A stretch of 40,996 bases of DNA from a virus (taxonomy: Duplodnaviria; Caudoviricetes). Location: IMG/VR virus record IMGVR_UViG_3300037755_000166, positions 1 through 40,996 of that record, one strand, 5' to 3'. A program made the translations under genes and the position numbers. How positions within the stretch are numbered: the stretch's first letter is position 1; every line of letters begins with the position of its first letter. This document shows positions 8,692-18,956 of the stretch, piece by piece. Below the pieces are notes generated by a model. It was not told the DNA's origin, searched no databases, and saw nothing but the letters and a program-made list of their open reading frames with translations.

Positions 8692-10785
8692 ATGGCGGCA
8701 TATAATGAAGGCGACCCAAATCCCCGCCGCAAGGTGAAATCCATCAAGGGCTATGACAGCCCAGCTGAATTTCTTCTGGAAATGCGCAAGCGCTATGCGT
8801 CCGGTCGTGGCACCGATGAGCATAATGAGCGCGCCGGTCGGGACGACGCCAAGTTCGTCATCGGCGAACAATGGGATCCCGACGTTGAGCGCAAGCGGCG
8901 CGACCAGAAAAAGCCTGTCCTGACCATTAACCGACTGATCGCGTTCGTTGCGCAGGTCGTCAATAACCGGCTGATGAATGAAACCGAAATTCGAGTGCAT
9001 CCCGACAAGGCCGGCACCAAGGAAATCGCTGAAATCCGCGAAGGTCTGATCCGGTCCATCTACAAGAATTCCTATGCGGACCTTGCCCGCGATGAAGCCT
9101 TGAAATATCAGGTTATCGGCGGACAGGGTGCTTTCTGCCTTTCGATCGACTATGTTTCCGACGATGTTTTCGAGCAGGAAATTCGCCTGAAACAAGTCGC
9201 TGATCCCTATGCCATTGTCCTTGATCCGATGGCGACCGAACCGACTGGCGGTGATGCCGAATGGGGTTTTGTCGGCGACGATCTTCCCCGCGAAACCTTC
9301 AAGAAAAAATGGCCTTGGGCGTCGATTGATTCCTTCGATTCCGGCTTCCAGTCCGAAACGACGGTGCCGTGGATCACTGAAGATGTGGTGCGCGTCATCG
9401 CCTATTGGCGCATGGTGACGGAAGGGACGAAGATTCTCGCACTCTATCAGGACGGCACGGTCCACGACGTGACCGACATGGAAGAGTTTGAATATCTTTC
9501 CTTTGTAGCTACACGCGGCGACGGTGTAACACCCTATATCCGGGAAGTCCCCAATCGCTTTGCCCGCATGTATCTATGCTCAGGCAATGAAGTGCTTGAA
9601 GGCCCTTACGACTACCCGATTTCCTCGATCCCGATCTATCGCGTGCCTGGATGGGAAGTCAGCGACGGTGAGCGCACATATCGCTGGGGCTTGACCCGGT
9701 TCTTGAAGGATCCGCAGCGGTTTCACAATTATTGGCGTTCGGTGCAGGCCGAGCAGCTTGTCGCCGCGCCGCGGAACAAATGGCTGACGACGCCTGCGGC
9801 GGTCAAGGGTTTCGAGAAGAATTGGCGCAACTCTCCTACCAGCGACAACCCGTTCCTCTATTATCAGGACGGGGAGCAGCCGCCGATCCATATCCCGCCG
9901 CCCGGTATCGACGCTGCCTTGCTTCAGGAAGCCGGCATGGCGACTCAGGACATCCGGGACGTGTCGAATATCCATGAAGCCTCCATGGGGCAGCAGTCGA
10001 ACGAGGTTTCCGGTAAGGCCATCCAGCAACGGCAGATTGTGTCCGATGTGGGCACCTATATCTATCACGACCGGCTGCGGCTGGCGGACGAACGCTGCGC
10101 CAAGAATATCAATGAACTGATTCCGCATATCTACGACACGGCACGCATCGTCACGATCATCGGACAGGATGACAAGCCGCTGCTTCAGGTCATCAACGAT
10201 CCGAGCAATCCCAATTCGGACATTACGGCCGGGAAATACGCCGTCACCGTCACTGTCGGCCCCGCCACCGTGACCAAGCGTGCGCTTGCGGCCGAGCAGA
10301 TGATGGCCTTCGTCAATGCCGTTCCGGAGACGGCAGGACAGGTCATGGATCTTGTCGCTGAAGCGCAAAACTGGCCAAAGGCTGGTGAATTTGCCCGTCG
10401 TTTCCGCATGATGCTGCCTCCAGGCATGGTGCCGCAGGATGAAATGACGCCGGAGATGCAGCAGCAGGCGGCGCAGAACGCCGAAATGGCACAGATGCAG
10501 GCACAACTCGATCAGGCCATGGCGGAGGCGGAAATCAGCGGTAAGCAGGCCAAGGCAGCCAATGATGAGGCTCGCGCACGTTTGGCCGAGGCACAGGCGT
10601 ACAAGGCCATTCTGGATGCGCAATCGAGGGCGTCCGACGTATCGGGCAAGAATGAAGAGCGCGAATACCAGCAGGTCATGAGTGCGCTCGATCAGGATAA
10701 TACATTGAAGGCCGAAGACCGGGACTTTGACCTTCGATCACGTGAAATGCAATCCCGGAACAATGGAGAACAAGACGATGGATGA
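8692..10785 (+). CDS. P22-like portal protein
   Basis: GEQW..., LTINR, KDPQRFHNY, SNEVSGKAI, YAVTVTVGP motifs; C-terminal Gln/Ala helix. Confidence 0.92.
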   Translation: MAAYNEGDPNPRRKVKSIKGYDSPAEFLLEMRKRYASGRGTDEHNERAGRDDAKFVIGEQWDPDVERKRRDQKKPVLTINRLIAFVAQVVNNRLMNETEIRVHPDKAGTKEIAEIREGLIRSIYKNSYADLARDEALKYQVIGGQGAFCLSIDYVSDDVFEQEIRLKQVADPYAIVLDPMATEPTGGDAEWGFVGDDLPRETFKKKWPWASIDSFDSGFQSETTVPWITEDVVRVIAYWRMVTEGTKILALYQDGTVHDVTDMEEFEYLSFVATRGDGVTPYIREVPNRFARMYLCSGNEVLEGPYDYPISSIPIYRVPGWEVSDGERTYRWGLTRFLKDPQRFHNYWRSVQAEQLVAAPRNKWLTTPAAVKGFEKNWRNSPTSDNPFLYYQDGEQPPIHIPPPGIDAALLQEAGMATQDIRDVSNIHEASMGQQSNEVSGKAIQQRQIVSDVGTYIYHDRLRLADERCAKNINELIPHIYDTARIVTIIGQDDKPLLQVINDPSNPNSDITAGKYAVTVTVGPATVTKRALAAEQMMAFVNAVPETAGQVMDLVAEAQNWPKAGEFARRFRMMLPPGMVPQDEMTPEMQQQAAQNAEMAQMQAQLDQAMAEAEISGKQAKAANDEARARLAEAQAYKAILDAQSRASDVSGKNEEREYQQVMSALDQDNTLKAEDRDFDLRSREMQSRNNGEQDDG

Positions 10786-11710
10786 TGAAAACGAACAGGG
10801 TGAGACTGATTTTTCCAAATTCGAAGGTGAGGTTCAGGGGGATGAACAGGCGCCTGCTTCGGAGCAGGAGAATTCTGAATCCGAGGAAAAGGACGAAGAT
10901 CAGGAAACCAATCAATCTTCAGAGGAAGAAACCGGAGATGATGACGTAGGGGAAGAAGAGACTCCCCCGAAAAAGACACAGACACCAAGCGACCGCATTC
11001 GGGAACTGAACAAGCGGTTGCGGCAGTCAGAGCGTCTTCGTCAGGCCGACAAAGATCATTTTGAGGCTCGCCTGACAAATATCGAAAAAATCGGCTTGCC
11101 CAATGGTTCGGGCAGTGATAGTTCTTCGGATATTGGGAATGCGCCGGATCCAGCGGACACCGACAAATATCCCCTCGGGCACCTCGACGACCGATATATC
11201 GAGGATAAGCTTGAATGGTTGTCCACCAAAAAGGCAGCCGAACGAGCCGATGCGGTCCTGCAACGTCAGCAGGAAAACGAGCGAAACGCTGCGGTCCAAC
11301 AGGAACAGGCGGCATTGCTCGATAAGGTCGATGACCTTGCCACGCGCGGCTCCGAAATGTTCGATGATTTTCAGGAAACCGTTGTGGAAGCAGGGATGCG
11401 GGGGGATTACCCTTTGCAGCAAGCGACCTTCGAGGCGGCATTTGAGGCCGATCATGGCGCTCAGATTCTCCACGAACTTTCACAGAACAGGAAAGAAGCC
11501 GTTCGGGTTGCAAATCTTTCCATCTACCAGCAGGTGAAATTCGTAGAGGCTCGGAACGCTGAAATTGCAGCCAAAGGGAAAACTGCAAGAATTCCCAAGG
11601 CAGGCGATCCGGCTCCCTCGGTAAGAGGATCGGGCGCACGCAAAACGATTTCACCGGCAACGGACAGTTTTGAAGAATTCGAACGGCTGGCAAACGCCAG
11701 TAAAAACTGA
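10778..11710 (+). CDS. scaffolding protein
   Basis: Acidic N-terminus, coiled coil, located between portal and coat. Confidence 0.8.
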   Translation: MDDENEQGETDFSKFEGEVQGDEQAPASEQENSESEEKDEDQETNQSSEEETGDDDVGEEETPPKKTQTPSDRIRELNKRLRQSERLRQADKDHFEARLTNIEKIGLPNGSGSDSSSDIGNAPDPADTDKYPLGHLDDRYIEDKLEWLSTKKAAERADAVLQRQQENERNAAVQQEQAALLDKVDDLATRGSEMFDDFQETVVEAGMRGDYPLQQATFEAAFEADHGAQILHELSQNRKEAVRVANLSIYQQVKFVEARNAEIAAKGKTARIPKAGDPAPSVRGSGARKTISPATDSFEEFERLANASKN

Positions 11711-11751
11711 AGGCATCGGAACTGATGCCATAATGAGAAGGGATTAACGTA

Positions 11752-13095
11752 ATGGCCAATCAGTTCCTCAACGCGCAGGAATATGCGAATACGATGCTTC
11801 TGCTTGCCAAGAACCAGCTTGTCACCGGCAAGCTGGTCACGGGCAAGTTCAAGAATGAGGTCAGCGACGAGAATGGCCTGACAATCTCAGTCAAGCGCCC
11901 GCCCCGGTTCGCTCGCAACGATGCGTCGGCCATGTCGGCTTCGCTGGCCGCACAGGATGTCATCACTGGCTCCGTCAATGTCGCGGTCGATCAATATGCC
12001 AAGGTGCATATTTCGGTCGGCGACATTGAATATGTGCAGTCCTACAATGCGTTGATGAAAAATGAGACGATGAAGTCCGCCGCATCCACGCTGGCGCACC
12101 AGATCGACGCCCATCTTCAGCGTCAGGTTGCTAAATTCTCCAGCTATGCTGGCGGCACGGCGACTTTTTCGACCGATCCCAATAACTACATCGGCACACC
12201 TGCCGAATTCAACAAGGTCCACACCAAGCTGATGGATCTGGGCGTCCCGAACAGCGACCTTGTTTCCACCGTCCTGTTCAATGACGGCGAAGAAATTCGC
12301 GGCTCCCTGATCGGTGGTGACATCCAAGGCACCAACAAGACCGCTCTGGAGCGCACTCGCATTCCGATCCTGTCTGAAATCGACGTTTACGCCACGCAGC
12401 AGGTGCCGAGCATCACCAACGGCACGCGCGTTGCCGGCGCCACGTCCTTGATCGACAACGGCACGCTTTCGGTCAATTATCGCGATGTGAAAACGACGAT
12501 GGTGCAGACCATCCATATCGACGGACAGACTTCGGCCAAGACGATCGTTGTCGGTGAGAAGCTGACGATTGCTGACGTTTACGCCTACGACTGGCGTAAT
12601 CAGGTTACACTGCCCTATCTTCAGGTCTTTACTGTGCTGGGTGGCGCTTCGACGGCTTCAGGTAGTGTACCGAATGGTTCGGCACTAGGTACAGCGATCA
12701 CCACTGATGCCAACGGCGATGTCGATCTTATCATCTCTCCGCCGCTGATCGTCGCCGGTTCGTCCGATGGCGTATCGACGGCGGCCAATACGGCCTTTGC
12801 GACGGTCAACGCCGCAGCGGTCGATGGCGCAGCAGTCACACACCTTGGTGTAGCATCTACCACCCGTCGCGTGCGGGCTGCATGGCACAAGTCGGCGATC
12901 ACGTTGGTTTCCGCGAAGCTTCAGACTCCTTTCACAGGTACTGCCAGCTTCGCGACCGATCCGGAAACCGGCATTTCCATTCGTTACTGGCGTGGTTCGG
13001 ACATTTCCACTGGCGCGCACGTACACCGCTGGGATTGCTTGTATGGAGCTCAAAATCTTGATCCGTTGATGGGCTCGGAAATCAGCGGCGCGTAA
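11752..13095 (+). CDS. major capsid protein (P22 coat-like)
   Basis: MANQFL..., TISVKRPPRF, C-terminal RWDCLYG; synteny. Confidence 0.9.
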   Translation: MANQFLNAQEYANTMLLLAKNQLVTGKLVTGKFKNEVSDENGLTISVKRPPRFARNDASAMSASLAAQDVITGSVNVAVDQYAKVHISVGDIEYVQSYNALMKNETMKSAASTLAHQIDAHLQRQVAKFSSYAGGTATFSTDPNNYIGTPAEFNKVHTKLMDLGVPNSDLVSTVLFNDGEEIRGSLIGGDIQGTNKTALERTRIPILSEIDVYATQQVPSITNGTRVAGATSLIDNGTLSVNYRDVKTTMVQTIHIDGQTSAKTIVVGEKLTIADVYAYDWRNQVTLPYLQVFTVLGGASTASGSVPNGSALGTAITTDANGDVDLIISPPLIVAGSSDGVSTAANTAFATVNAAAVDGAAVTHLGVASTTRRVRAAWHKSAITLVSAKLQTPFTGTASFATDPETGISIRYWRGSDISTGAHVHRWDCLYGAQNLDPLMGSEISGA

Positions 13096-13101
13096 TGCAT
13101 T

Positions 13102-13124
13102 GACCCTGCCTTTCGGGCAGGGTC
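13102..13124 (+). promoter_or_regulatory. stem-loop after the capsid gene (stabiliser or weak terminator)
   Basis: GACCCTGCC-TTTCG-GGCAGGGTC with no U tract. Confidence 0.6.
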
Positions 13125-13139
13125 TACAGGAGATACCAG

Positions 13140-13637
13140 ATGGCAAATTCGCTTTGGGTAGATGCCGTTCGCAAGGGGCTTGCTGCTGCCAGACCCACCG
13201 TTCCCGATTTTCCCTCCGACACGTTCGGTTTCTATTATGCGACCGACACCGGCGTTCTCTCGATCGGCCTTCCGGGCGGAACCGGATGGTTCGCGGCGAA
13301 CAACGAGGCGCAGCCGACTCCGACTGCCAAGACTGCCGATGCTACGCTGACGATTGCCGAATTGCAGACCCGCATTATCACGGTGACTTCAGCGTCAGCG
13401 GTGGCGTTGACGTTGCCCACGGGTACACTGACCGATGCCGGGGTCGGTGCAATGGCTGTGGGTCAGGCATTCGAATGGTCAGTGATTAATCTCGGTTCTT
13501 CGTCGGGCGCAGTGACAATGACAGCGGGAACGGCTCACACGTATGTTGGTGCCGCAGTGGTGGCAATTTCAACGTCGGCGGTATTCCGCACACGCAAGAC
13601 GGCAGCTAATACCTTCGTCACTTATCGCGTAAGCTGA
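13140..13637 (+). CDS. putative capsid decoration / minor virion protein
   Basis: Ala/Thr-rich beta protein (ALTLPTGT...FRTRKTAANTFVTYR) after the coat gene. Confidence 0.7.
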   Translation: MANSLWVDAVRKGLAAARPTVPDFPSDTFGFYYATDTGVLSIGLPGGTGWFAANNEAQPTPTAKTADATLTIAELQTRIITVTSASAVALTLPTGTLTDAGVGAMAVGQAFEWSVINLGSSSGAVTMTAGTAHTYVGAAVVAISTSAVFRTRKTAANTFVTYRVS

Positions 13638-13655
13638 TACTATAGGAGAACGATT

Positions 13656-13817
13656 ATGGGCGATCAGAAATTTCCCTCGTGGCGTTACGGCCCTGATGGT
13701 GAAGCCGAGGTTTTTACTTCCGAAGCTGATGTGCCGAAAGGCTGGGAGGATCATCCGAGCAAGGTCAAGGAAACCAAGGCACCTGTGCCGAAGTCCACCA
13801 AAGCGCTCGATCTTTAA
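13656..13817 (+). CDS. small protein (53 aa, ends ALDL)
   Basis: AGGAG RBS; MGDQKFPSWRYGPDGEAEVF...VPKGWEDHP. Confidence 0.75.
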   Translation: MGDQKFPSWRYGPDGEAEVFTSEADVPKGWEDHPSKVKETKAPVPKSTKALDL

Positions 13818-13838
13818 TCTCGGCTATGGAGCGCTTGC

Positions 13839-14582
13839 GTGACTTTGATTTCGTCGATCATCACCGACGCCTACCGCGAGAGCAACATGCTCGCGCTGGG
13901 GCAGGCGCCAAGCGCTAATCAAAGCACGGAAGCGCTCCGGCTGCTGAACGCGCTGTTCGCGGTTATCTATGGCGGGGACGCAGGCGAATTTTTGTTTAAC
14001 TGGCCTCTTGGGAACTTCGGCCGACAGGCCACAGAGCCTTTGCCGCTGACGACGCTGCAAATCACCAATCCGCCGATCAATCAGCGCCTGATCGTCACCA
14101 ATGAAGGTGCGATCACGATCTATCTCACGGTGAAGCCGCAGGATGGTTCCCGGATGGCGATTGCCGATCCGATGTCGCGTCTGGCAGCCAATCCCGTGAC
14201 CTTGAACGCCAACGGTCGTGAAATCGAGGCGAGTTCGACGTTGGTGCTCAGCACCGATGCCTTGTTCCGGGAATGGATGTATCGGGCCGACCTTGGGGAT
14301 TGGGTCCGGATCACTGACAAGATCGCTGCGGACGAAATGCCGTTCCCGACGATGTTCGATATGATGTTCGTCATCCTGCTCGCGATGCGCCTTAATCCAC
14401 GCTACGGTCGGCAGATGGATCCGCAGTCGGTGGCGATGCTGCAACAGAGCCGCAAGCAATTCATCGCTCGCTACGTTCAGACTGAAAATCTCTCCCAAAA
14501 TCGCGACCTTTCCCGTAACGCGATCCAGAGTTTCGATGGCTACGGTTATGGCTCCGAGGCGGAACTTTATGGATATGAATGA
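13839..14582 (+). CDS. head-to-tail adaptor (P22 gp4-like)
   Basis: IITDAYRE...EALRLLN...LAMRLNPRYG pattern; synteny. Confidence 0.8.
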   Translation: MTLISSIITDAYRESNMLALGQAPSANQSTEALRLLNALFAVIYGGDAGEFLFNWPLGNFGRQATEPLPLTTLQITNPPINQRLIVTNEGAITIYLTVKPQDGSRMAIADPMSRLAANPVTLNANGREIEASSTLVLSTDALFREWMYRADLGDWVRITDKIAADEMPFPTMFDMMFVILLAMRLNPRYGRQMDPQSVAMLQQSRKQFIARYVQTENLSQNRDLSRNAIQSFDGYGYGSEAELYGYE

Positions 14583-14612
14583 CATCGGCCCTAGTTCTCC
14601 GGGCGTCGGTGG

Positions 14613-14650
14613 ACCCCTGGCTTGCATCCTTGCCGCGAGTCAGGGGTTTT
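14613..14650 (+). terminator. terminator-like hairpin
   Basis: 13-bp stem ACCCCTGGCTTGC / GCGAGTCAGGGGT plus TTT. Confidence 0.6.
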
Positions 14651-14695
14651 CCGCTGTAAGCTCAGTGCTCGCAGAGCGGTGCGGAGCATTCTGCC

Positions 14696-15967
14696 ATGGT
14701 TGATATTCCCCTCGCCAGAGCCGACTATTTCCGGGAAGTCGCCAAGGAAGCGCGGATACGCACCCGCAACCGTTATTTCGAGCAAAACCCGGTCCTGACT
14801 GACACGCAATCGGCGCTGATCGCCCGTCCTGCCTTGCGTCGCTTCCTGCAAGTCGGAGAGGGACCAATCCGTGCCGTCTATAGCCAGCCGGGCAGCTTCT
14901 CTGACGCGGCCTTCATCGTGGCTTATGACACTCTCTGGCGCGTCGATACCGACCTGACCATAACGGCGATCCAGACTGGCCTGTTTGGCACCAGCCTGCG
15001 AGGCTTTGTCAGTATGGCAGCGACCAGTAATATCGGCACGACGCCGGAATTTCTCTTTATTGCCGATGGCCGTATTCTTTGGGTTTATATGGAAGATGGG
15101 TATTCCTTCGGTACGCTTGCGGCGACCGGAGCGATTGCCAATGGTGATGTCGTCCGGATCGGGGATACCTATTATTCATGGACCAACGGCAGTGTTGATG
15201 CAGGCACCCCGGCAGGCACTTCTGGCGACCCATGGCTGGTCGCGCTGGGCTCCAGCAACTCCGAAGCCCTTGGCAACCTGTTCGACGCCATCGGCGCGAC
15301 CGGCACGCCGGGGACGACCTACAGCACGGCTCTGACGATCCATCCGACTGTCAATCCCTTCAGTTACACGTCCACGACCCTCTCAGTGCGGGCGCAGAGC
15401 GCCGGGGCAGCCGGTGACGGCATCACCACGACAGAAACCGGCGCTAATATCGCATGGGGCTCAGGGACGCTTACAGGTGGTGGTGATCCATTCGTGCAGC
15501 AGGTGCCGATGCCGGATGATGTCGGGGCGATCAGCGTTGGCTATCTCGCCAGCCATGTCATTGTCGTGCCGGCGCAGGGTGAAGGGATCAATGGCCGTTT
15601 TTACTGGATCGAGCCGGGCGAAATCACTGTCGATGCTCTGAACTTCGCCACAGCGGAATCTGCGCCCGATCCGATTTTCAATGTCGTGGTTTTCAAGGAT
15701 CAATATTGGCTGCCAGGGCAGTCTACAACGGAAGTCTGGAATTTCACAGGTAATCTCGATGCGCCGGTCCTGCGCCTCCGAGGCGTGGCCTTCAACCGCG
15801 GCACATGGGAAGGGACCGCGATCCCGGTCAAGGAATCCATGATCCTGGTTGATAGCGACGGCGGCGTTTTTCAGATAAGTGGTGGATTGGAAAGAATTTC
15901 TCCACCTGACATTGAGGAACGCATTCGTGAAGCCATTGCTGCGCAGGCAGCCGATCCGTTGAATTAG
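14696..15967 (+). CDS. tail hub/nozzle protein (P22 gp10-like), N-terminal part
   Basis: RPAL...GEGPIRA, NFATAESAPD, GQSTTEVW, ERISPPDIE motifs. Confidence 0.75.
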   Translation: MVDIPLARADYFREVAKEARIRTRNRYFEQNPVLTDTQSALIARPALRRFLQVGEGPIRAVYSQPGSFSDAAFIVAYDTLWRVDTDLTITAIQTGLFGTSLRGFVSMAATSNIGTTPEFLFIADGRILWVYMEDGYSFGTLAATGAIANGDVVRIGDTYYSWTNGSVDAGTPAGTSGDPWLVALGSSNSEALGNLFDAIGATGTPGTTYSTALTIHPTVNPFSYTSTTLSVRAQSAGAAGDGITTTETGANIAWGSGTLTGGGDPFVQQVPMPDDVGAISVGYLASHVIVVPAQGEGINGRFYWIEPGEITVDALNFATAESAPDPIFNVVVFKDQYWLPGQSTTEVWNFTGNLDAPVLRLRGVAFNRGTWEGTAIPVKESMILVDSDGGVFQISGGLERISPPDIEERIREAIAAQAADPLN

Positions 15968-15977
15968 GAGATTTGCA

Positions 15978-17051
15978 ATGTCACTTCTTTGGGCAGATTT
16001 CCCTAGCGGGTTTCAGGGGCTTTACAGCAGCGACGAAGCATTGATGTTAAATGGTCGATACGCTGAAGTAGCTAATGCAGATTTGTTGGATGATCCCGAT
16101 CCAAATATCACAGGACGTGTGTTGAGTCTTAATGGGGGGTTTTTAGCTTCCGGTGTTTTGCGGACAGTGCTTTTGACCTCTGCATTGACAGTTGGTATGT
16201 CGATGCGTGTCTGGATGTCTGGACTTCCCACAGATACGGGCGTACTTCCTAATCCTGTTGTGCTTCGGAACGTCTCAAATACGGATTTGTTTTCGCTTCG
16301 AATTGAGACAGACGGTAGGGTTTCAGCTTATCGAGGTAATGGTGAAAGCGGTACGTTGTTGGGGACCAGCACATCACCTGCATTTGTTTCGAATGCATGG
16401 CAACATCTGGAAGCCAAGGTTTTTCTGGATGATGCAGTCGGGACGGTTGAAGTTCGCGTTGAAGGTATTCCTGTTCTGGAATTATCAGATATAGATACAC
16501 TTAACAGTACAGGTCCATGTACGCAGGTAGTCAGTCGATCTAATCATACGTCAAGTAGCTTCTTTAAAGAATATTTTATTAAAGATTATTTGCTTTGGGA
16601 TACCGCAGGCTCAATTAATAACGATTTCTTTGGTTCAGTATCAGTTTATCCGCTGTTGACTGATGCGGACATTTCCCTGAATTGGACCCCTTCGACTGGT
16701 ACGACTGGCTGGGATATTCTCGACAATATTCCACCTACGGATTCGATCTATATTTCCGCGCCCGATCCAGCACCTGCTGCCGCCGTGATGTCTCTGACAG
16801 ACCTTCCCGCCGACGTGACCAGCGTGCGCGGCTTGATCTCGATCGTGCGAGCAGAGAAAACAGATGGTGGTGACGGAAACCTGCAAGTGTCCCTCACCTC
16901 CGGCGCGAACACTGATGCTGGTGCCGATCGACCGATGACGACAGCCTTTACTTACTGGTCGGATATTTCAGAAATCAACCCCGGCACAGGCGTTTTCTGG
17001 ACACCGACCGAGGTGGATGCCATGGATATTGAATTCGACAGGACGGTGTAG
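15978..17051 (+). CDS. virion protein, LamG/ConA-like, paralogue 1
   Basis: NAWQHLEAKV...GTVEVRVEG; beta-rich. Confidence 0.7.
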   Translation: MSLLWADFPSGFQGLYSSDEALMLNGRYAEVANADLLDDPDPNITGRVLSLNGGFLASGVLRTVLLTSALTVGMSMRVWMSGLPTDTGVLPNPVVLRNVSNTDLFSLRIETDGRVSAYRGNGESGTLLGTSTSPAFVSNAWQHLEAKVFLDDAVGTVEVRVEGIPVLELSDIDTLNSTGPCTQVVSRSNHTSSSFFKEYFIKDYLLWDTAGSINNDFFGSVSVYPLLTDADISLNWTPSTGTTGWDILDNIPPTDSIYISAPDPAPAAAVMSLTDLPADVTSVRGLISIVRAEKTDGGDGNLQVSLTSGANTDAGADRPMTTAFTYWSDISEINPGTGVFWTPTEVDAMDIEFDRTV

Positions 17052-17052
17052 G

Positions 17053-18123
17053 ATGAGCCTTCTTCACGCAGATATTCCAAGCGGCTTCGCAGGTCTTTAT
17101 GGCACAACCGTGGCTCGGATGCTGAACGGCATTTATGCTGAAACCAATGAACTGGTCTTGATGGAGGATCCAGATCCGACCGTCGCAGGTAATGTCTGCC
17201 GCTTTCAAGCGTCCGCCAGCTTCGACGGCCTTTTGAGACTCATTCTCCCGGCGACGAACGCAACGGTCGGGATGGCAAATCGCACATGGCTTGCAAACAT
17301 CCCGAACTCCACTGGCCGTCAGCCGATGATCCATCAATTCCGCAATGCCAGCAATGCTGCTTTGACGACGATCACAGTCAATCCTTCCGGGGCGATCGAG
17401 GCGCGGCGCGGCGGTGAAGGCGGAACTTTGCTGGGCACCAGTGATCCAAATGCTCTGGTCGCGAACGCATGGCAGCATGTTGAAACCAAGGTGCTGTTCA
17501 GTAGCACGGTCGGGACGGTCGAAGTTCGTGTGGAAGGGGTGCCGGTTCTGGAATTGACCGGAGTAAACACATCTTCTTCCGATCTTGAATGCGGGATCGT
17601 CGCATGGACAAATCCCGGCGACGGGACAGGAGGTATAACGACATGGTATGCCAAAGACCTTCTCGTTTGGGATGGCGCGGGCTCTGTCGATAACGATTTC
17701 TTCGGTTCGGTGTCGATTTATGCGCTTCTGACCGATGCGGATATTTCCCTGAATTGGACGCCATCGACTGGCTCCACTGGCTGGGATTTGCTGGATGAAT
17801 CACCCCCGAATGATGCCGATTATATTTCCGCGCCCGATCCAGCCCCGGCAGCCGCCGTGATGTCCTTGACGAACCTGCCGGCCGACGTGACCAGCGTGCG
17901 CGGATTGATCTCCTTTGTCCGGGCTGCAAAGACCGATGGTGGTGATGGAGATTTGCAGGTTTCGTTGACTTCAGGCGCAAACACTGATGCAGGTGCCGAT
18001 CGACCGATGACGACCGCCTTCACTTACTGGAAGGATGTCTCTGAGGTAAATCCCGGCACCGGTGTTTTCTGGACACCAACTGAAGTGGATGCCATGGATA
18101 TTGAATTTGACAGGACCGTCTGA
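17053..18123 (+). CDS. virion protein, LamG/ConA-like, paralogue 2
   Basis: Colinear with 15978-17051; near-identical C-terminal third. Confidence 0.7.
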   Translation: MSLLHADIPSGFAGLYGTTVARMLNGIYAETNELVLMEDPDPTVAGNVCRFQASASFDGLLRLILPATNATVGMANRTWLANIPNSTGRQPMIHQFRNASNAALTTITVNPSGAIEARRGGEGGTLLGTSDPNALVANAWQHVETKVLFSSTVGTVEVRVEGVPVLELTGVNTSSSDLECGIVAWTNPGDGTGGITTWYAKDLLVWDGAGSVDNDFFGSVSIYALLTDADISLNWTPSTGSTGWDLLDESPPNDADYISAPDPAPAAAVMSLTNLPADVTSVRGLISFVRAAKTDGGDGDLQVSLTSGANTDAGADRPMTTAFTYWKDVSEVNPGTGVFWTPTEVDAMDIEFDRTV

Positions 18124-18956
18124 TGGCATTGACGCCTGAAATCAGGGCTTCACAGGCACAGGTTTTTGCCATCACCGAAGGCAATGATTTGCGACTTTCA
18201 CAGGCGCAGGTGTTGGCGGTTATTAATTTCCCGACTGAGGAAATCCGCGTTAGTCAGTTCCAGGTTCTTTCGGTCCTGAAGCCGTCTCTCGATATTCGTG
18301 TCAGTCAGGCGCAGGTGTTCGCTGTTGTCCGCGGCCGCATCGACAATACCCGGATGCGGGCATGGACCTTCACGCTGGATGGGCATGACTTCTACGTGCT
18401 GCGGCTTGGAGAAACTGGCACCCTCGTCTACGACACCTACAGCAAGCAGTGGACCGAATGGGATGGGCATGACCTCCCCTATTGGCGCACCAACGTTGGT
18501 CAGAACTGGCTGGGCGGCGTCGAGCACGCTGAAGAATATGGATCGACTGTTCTGGTCGGTGATGACACCTATGGCCTGCTCTGGCTGCTTGACCCCAATT
18601 CCGGCCTCGACAATCATCCTGACGGCATCAGCGACGATGAACCATTTCCGCGCATCGTCATGGGGCAGGTCAATTCCCGCAAGGTTCGGGCGATCCCCTG
18701 CAACGAGATCATCCTGTTGGCCGACAAGGGCGATCCGGCCTATATCGGCGCCACGATCACCCTCTCTACCAGCGACGACGCAGGCAATACCTTCGCCGAC
18801 CATGGCACCGTCACAGCCACGCTCGCGGACTTCACGACACCTTATCGCTGGGCGTCGTTGGGGCAGATTGTCAGTCCCGGCCGACTGTTCAAGATCGAGG
18901 ATGACGGAGCCATTGCGCGGATCGATGCTCTGGAGATGAATCCGGAGGATGATTGA
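18123..18956 (+). CDS. tail hub (gp10-like) C-terminal part with SQAQV repeats
   Basis: FTLDGHDFYVL...TLVYD...QW, LVGD, SDDAGNTF, WASLG motifs. Confidence 0.7.
   Translation: MALTPEIRASQAQVFAITEGNDLRLSQAQVLAVINFPTEEIRVSQFQVLSVLKPSLDIRVSQAQVFAVVRGRIDNTRMRAWTFTLDGHDFYVLRLGETGTLVYDTYSKQWTEWDGHDLPYWRTNVGQNWLGGVEHAEEYGSTVLVGDDTYGLLWLLDPNSGLDNHPDGISDDEPFPRIVMGQVNSRKVRAIPCNEIILLADKGDPAYIGATITLSTSDDAGNTFADHGTVTATLADFTTPYRWASLGQIVSPGRLFKIEDDGAIARIDALEMNPEDD

Noticed and set aside
7409-14627. Long antisense ORFs opposite terminase, portal, scaffold and capsid
   Set aside because: Typical GC-rich codon-bias shadows with no motifs.
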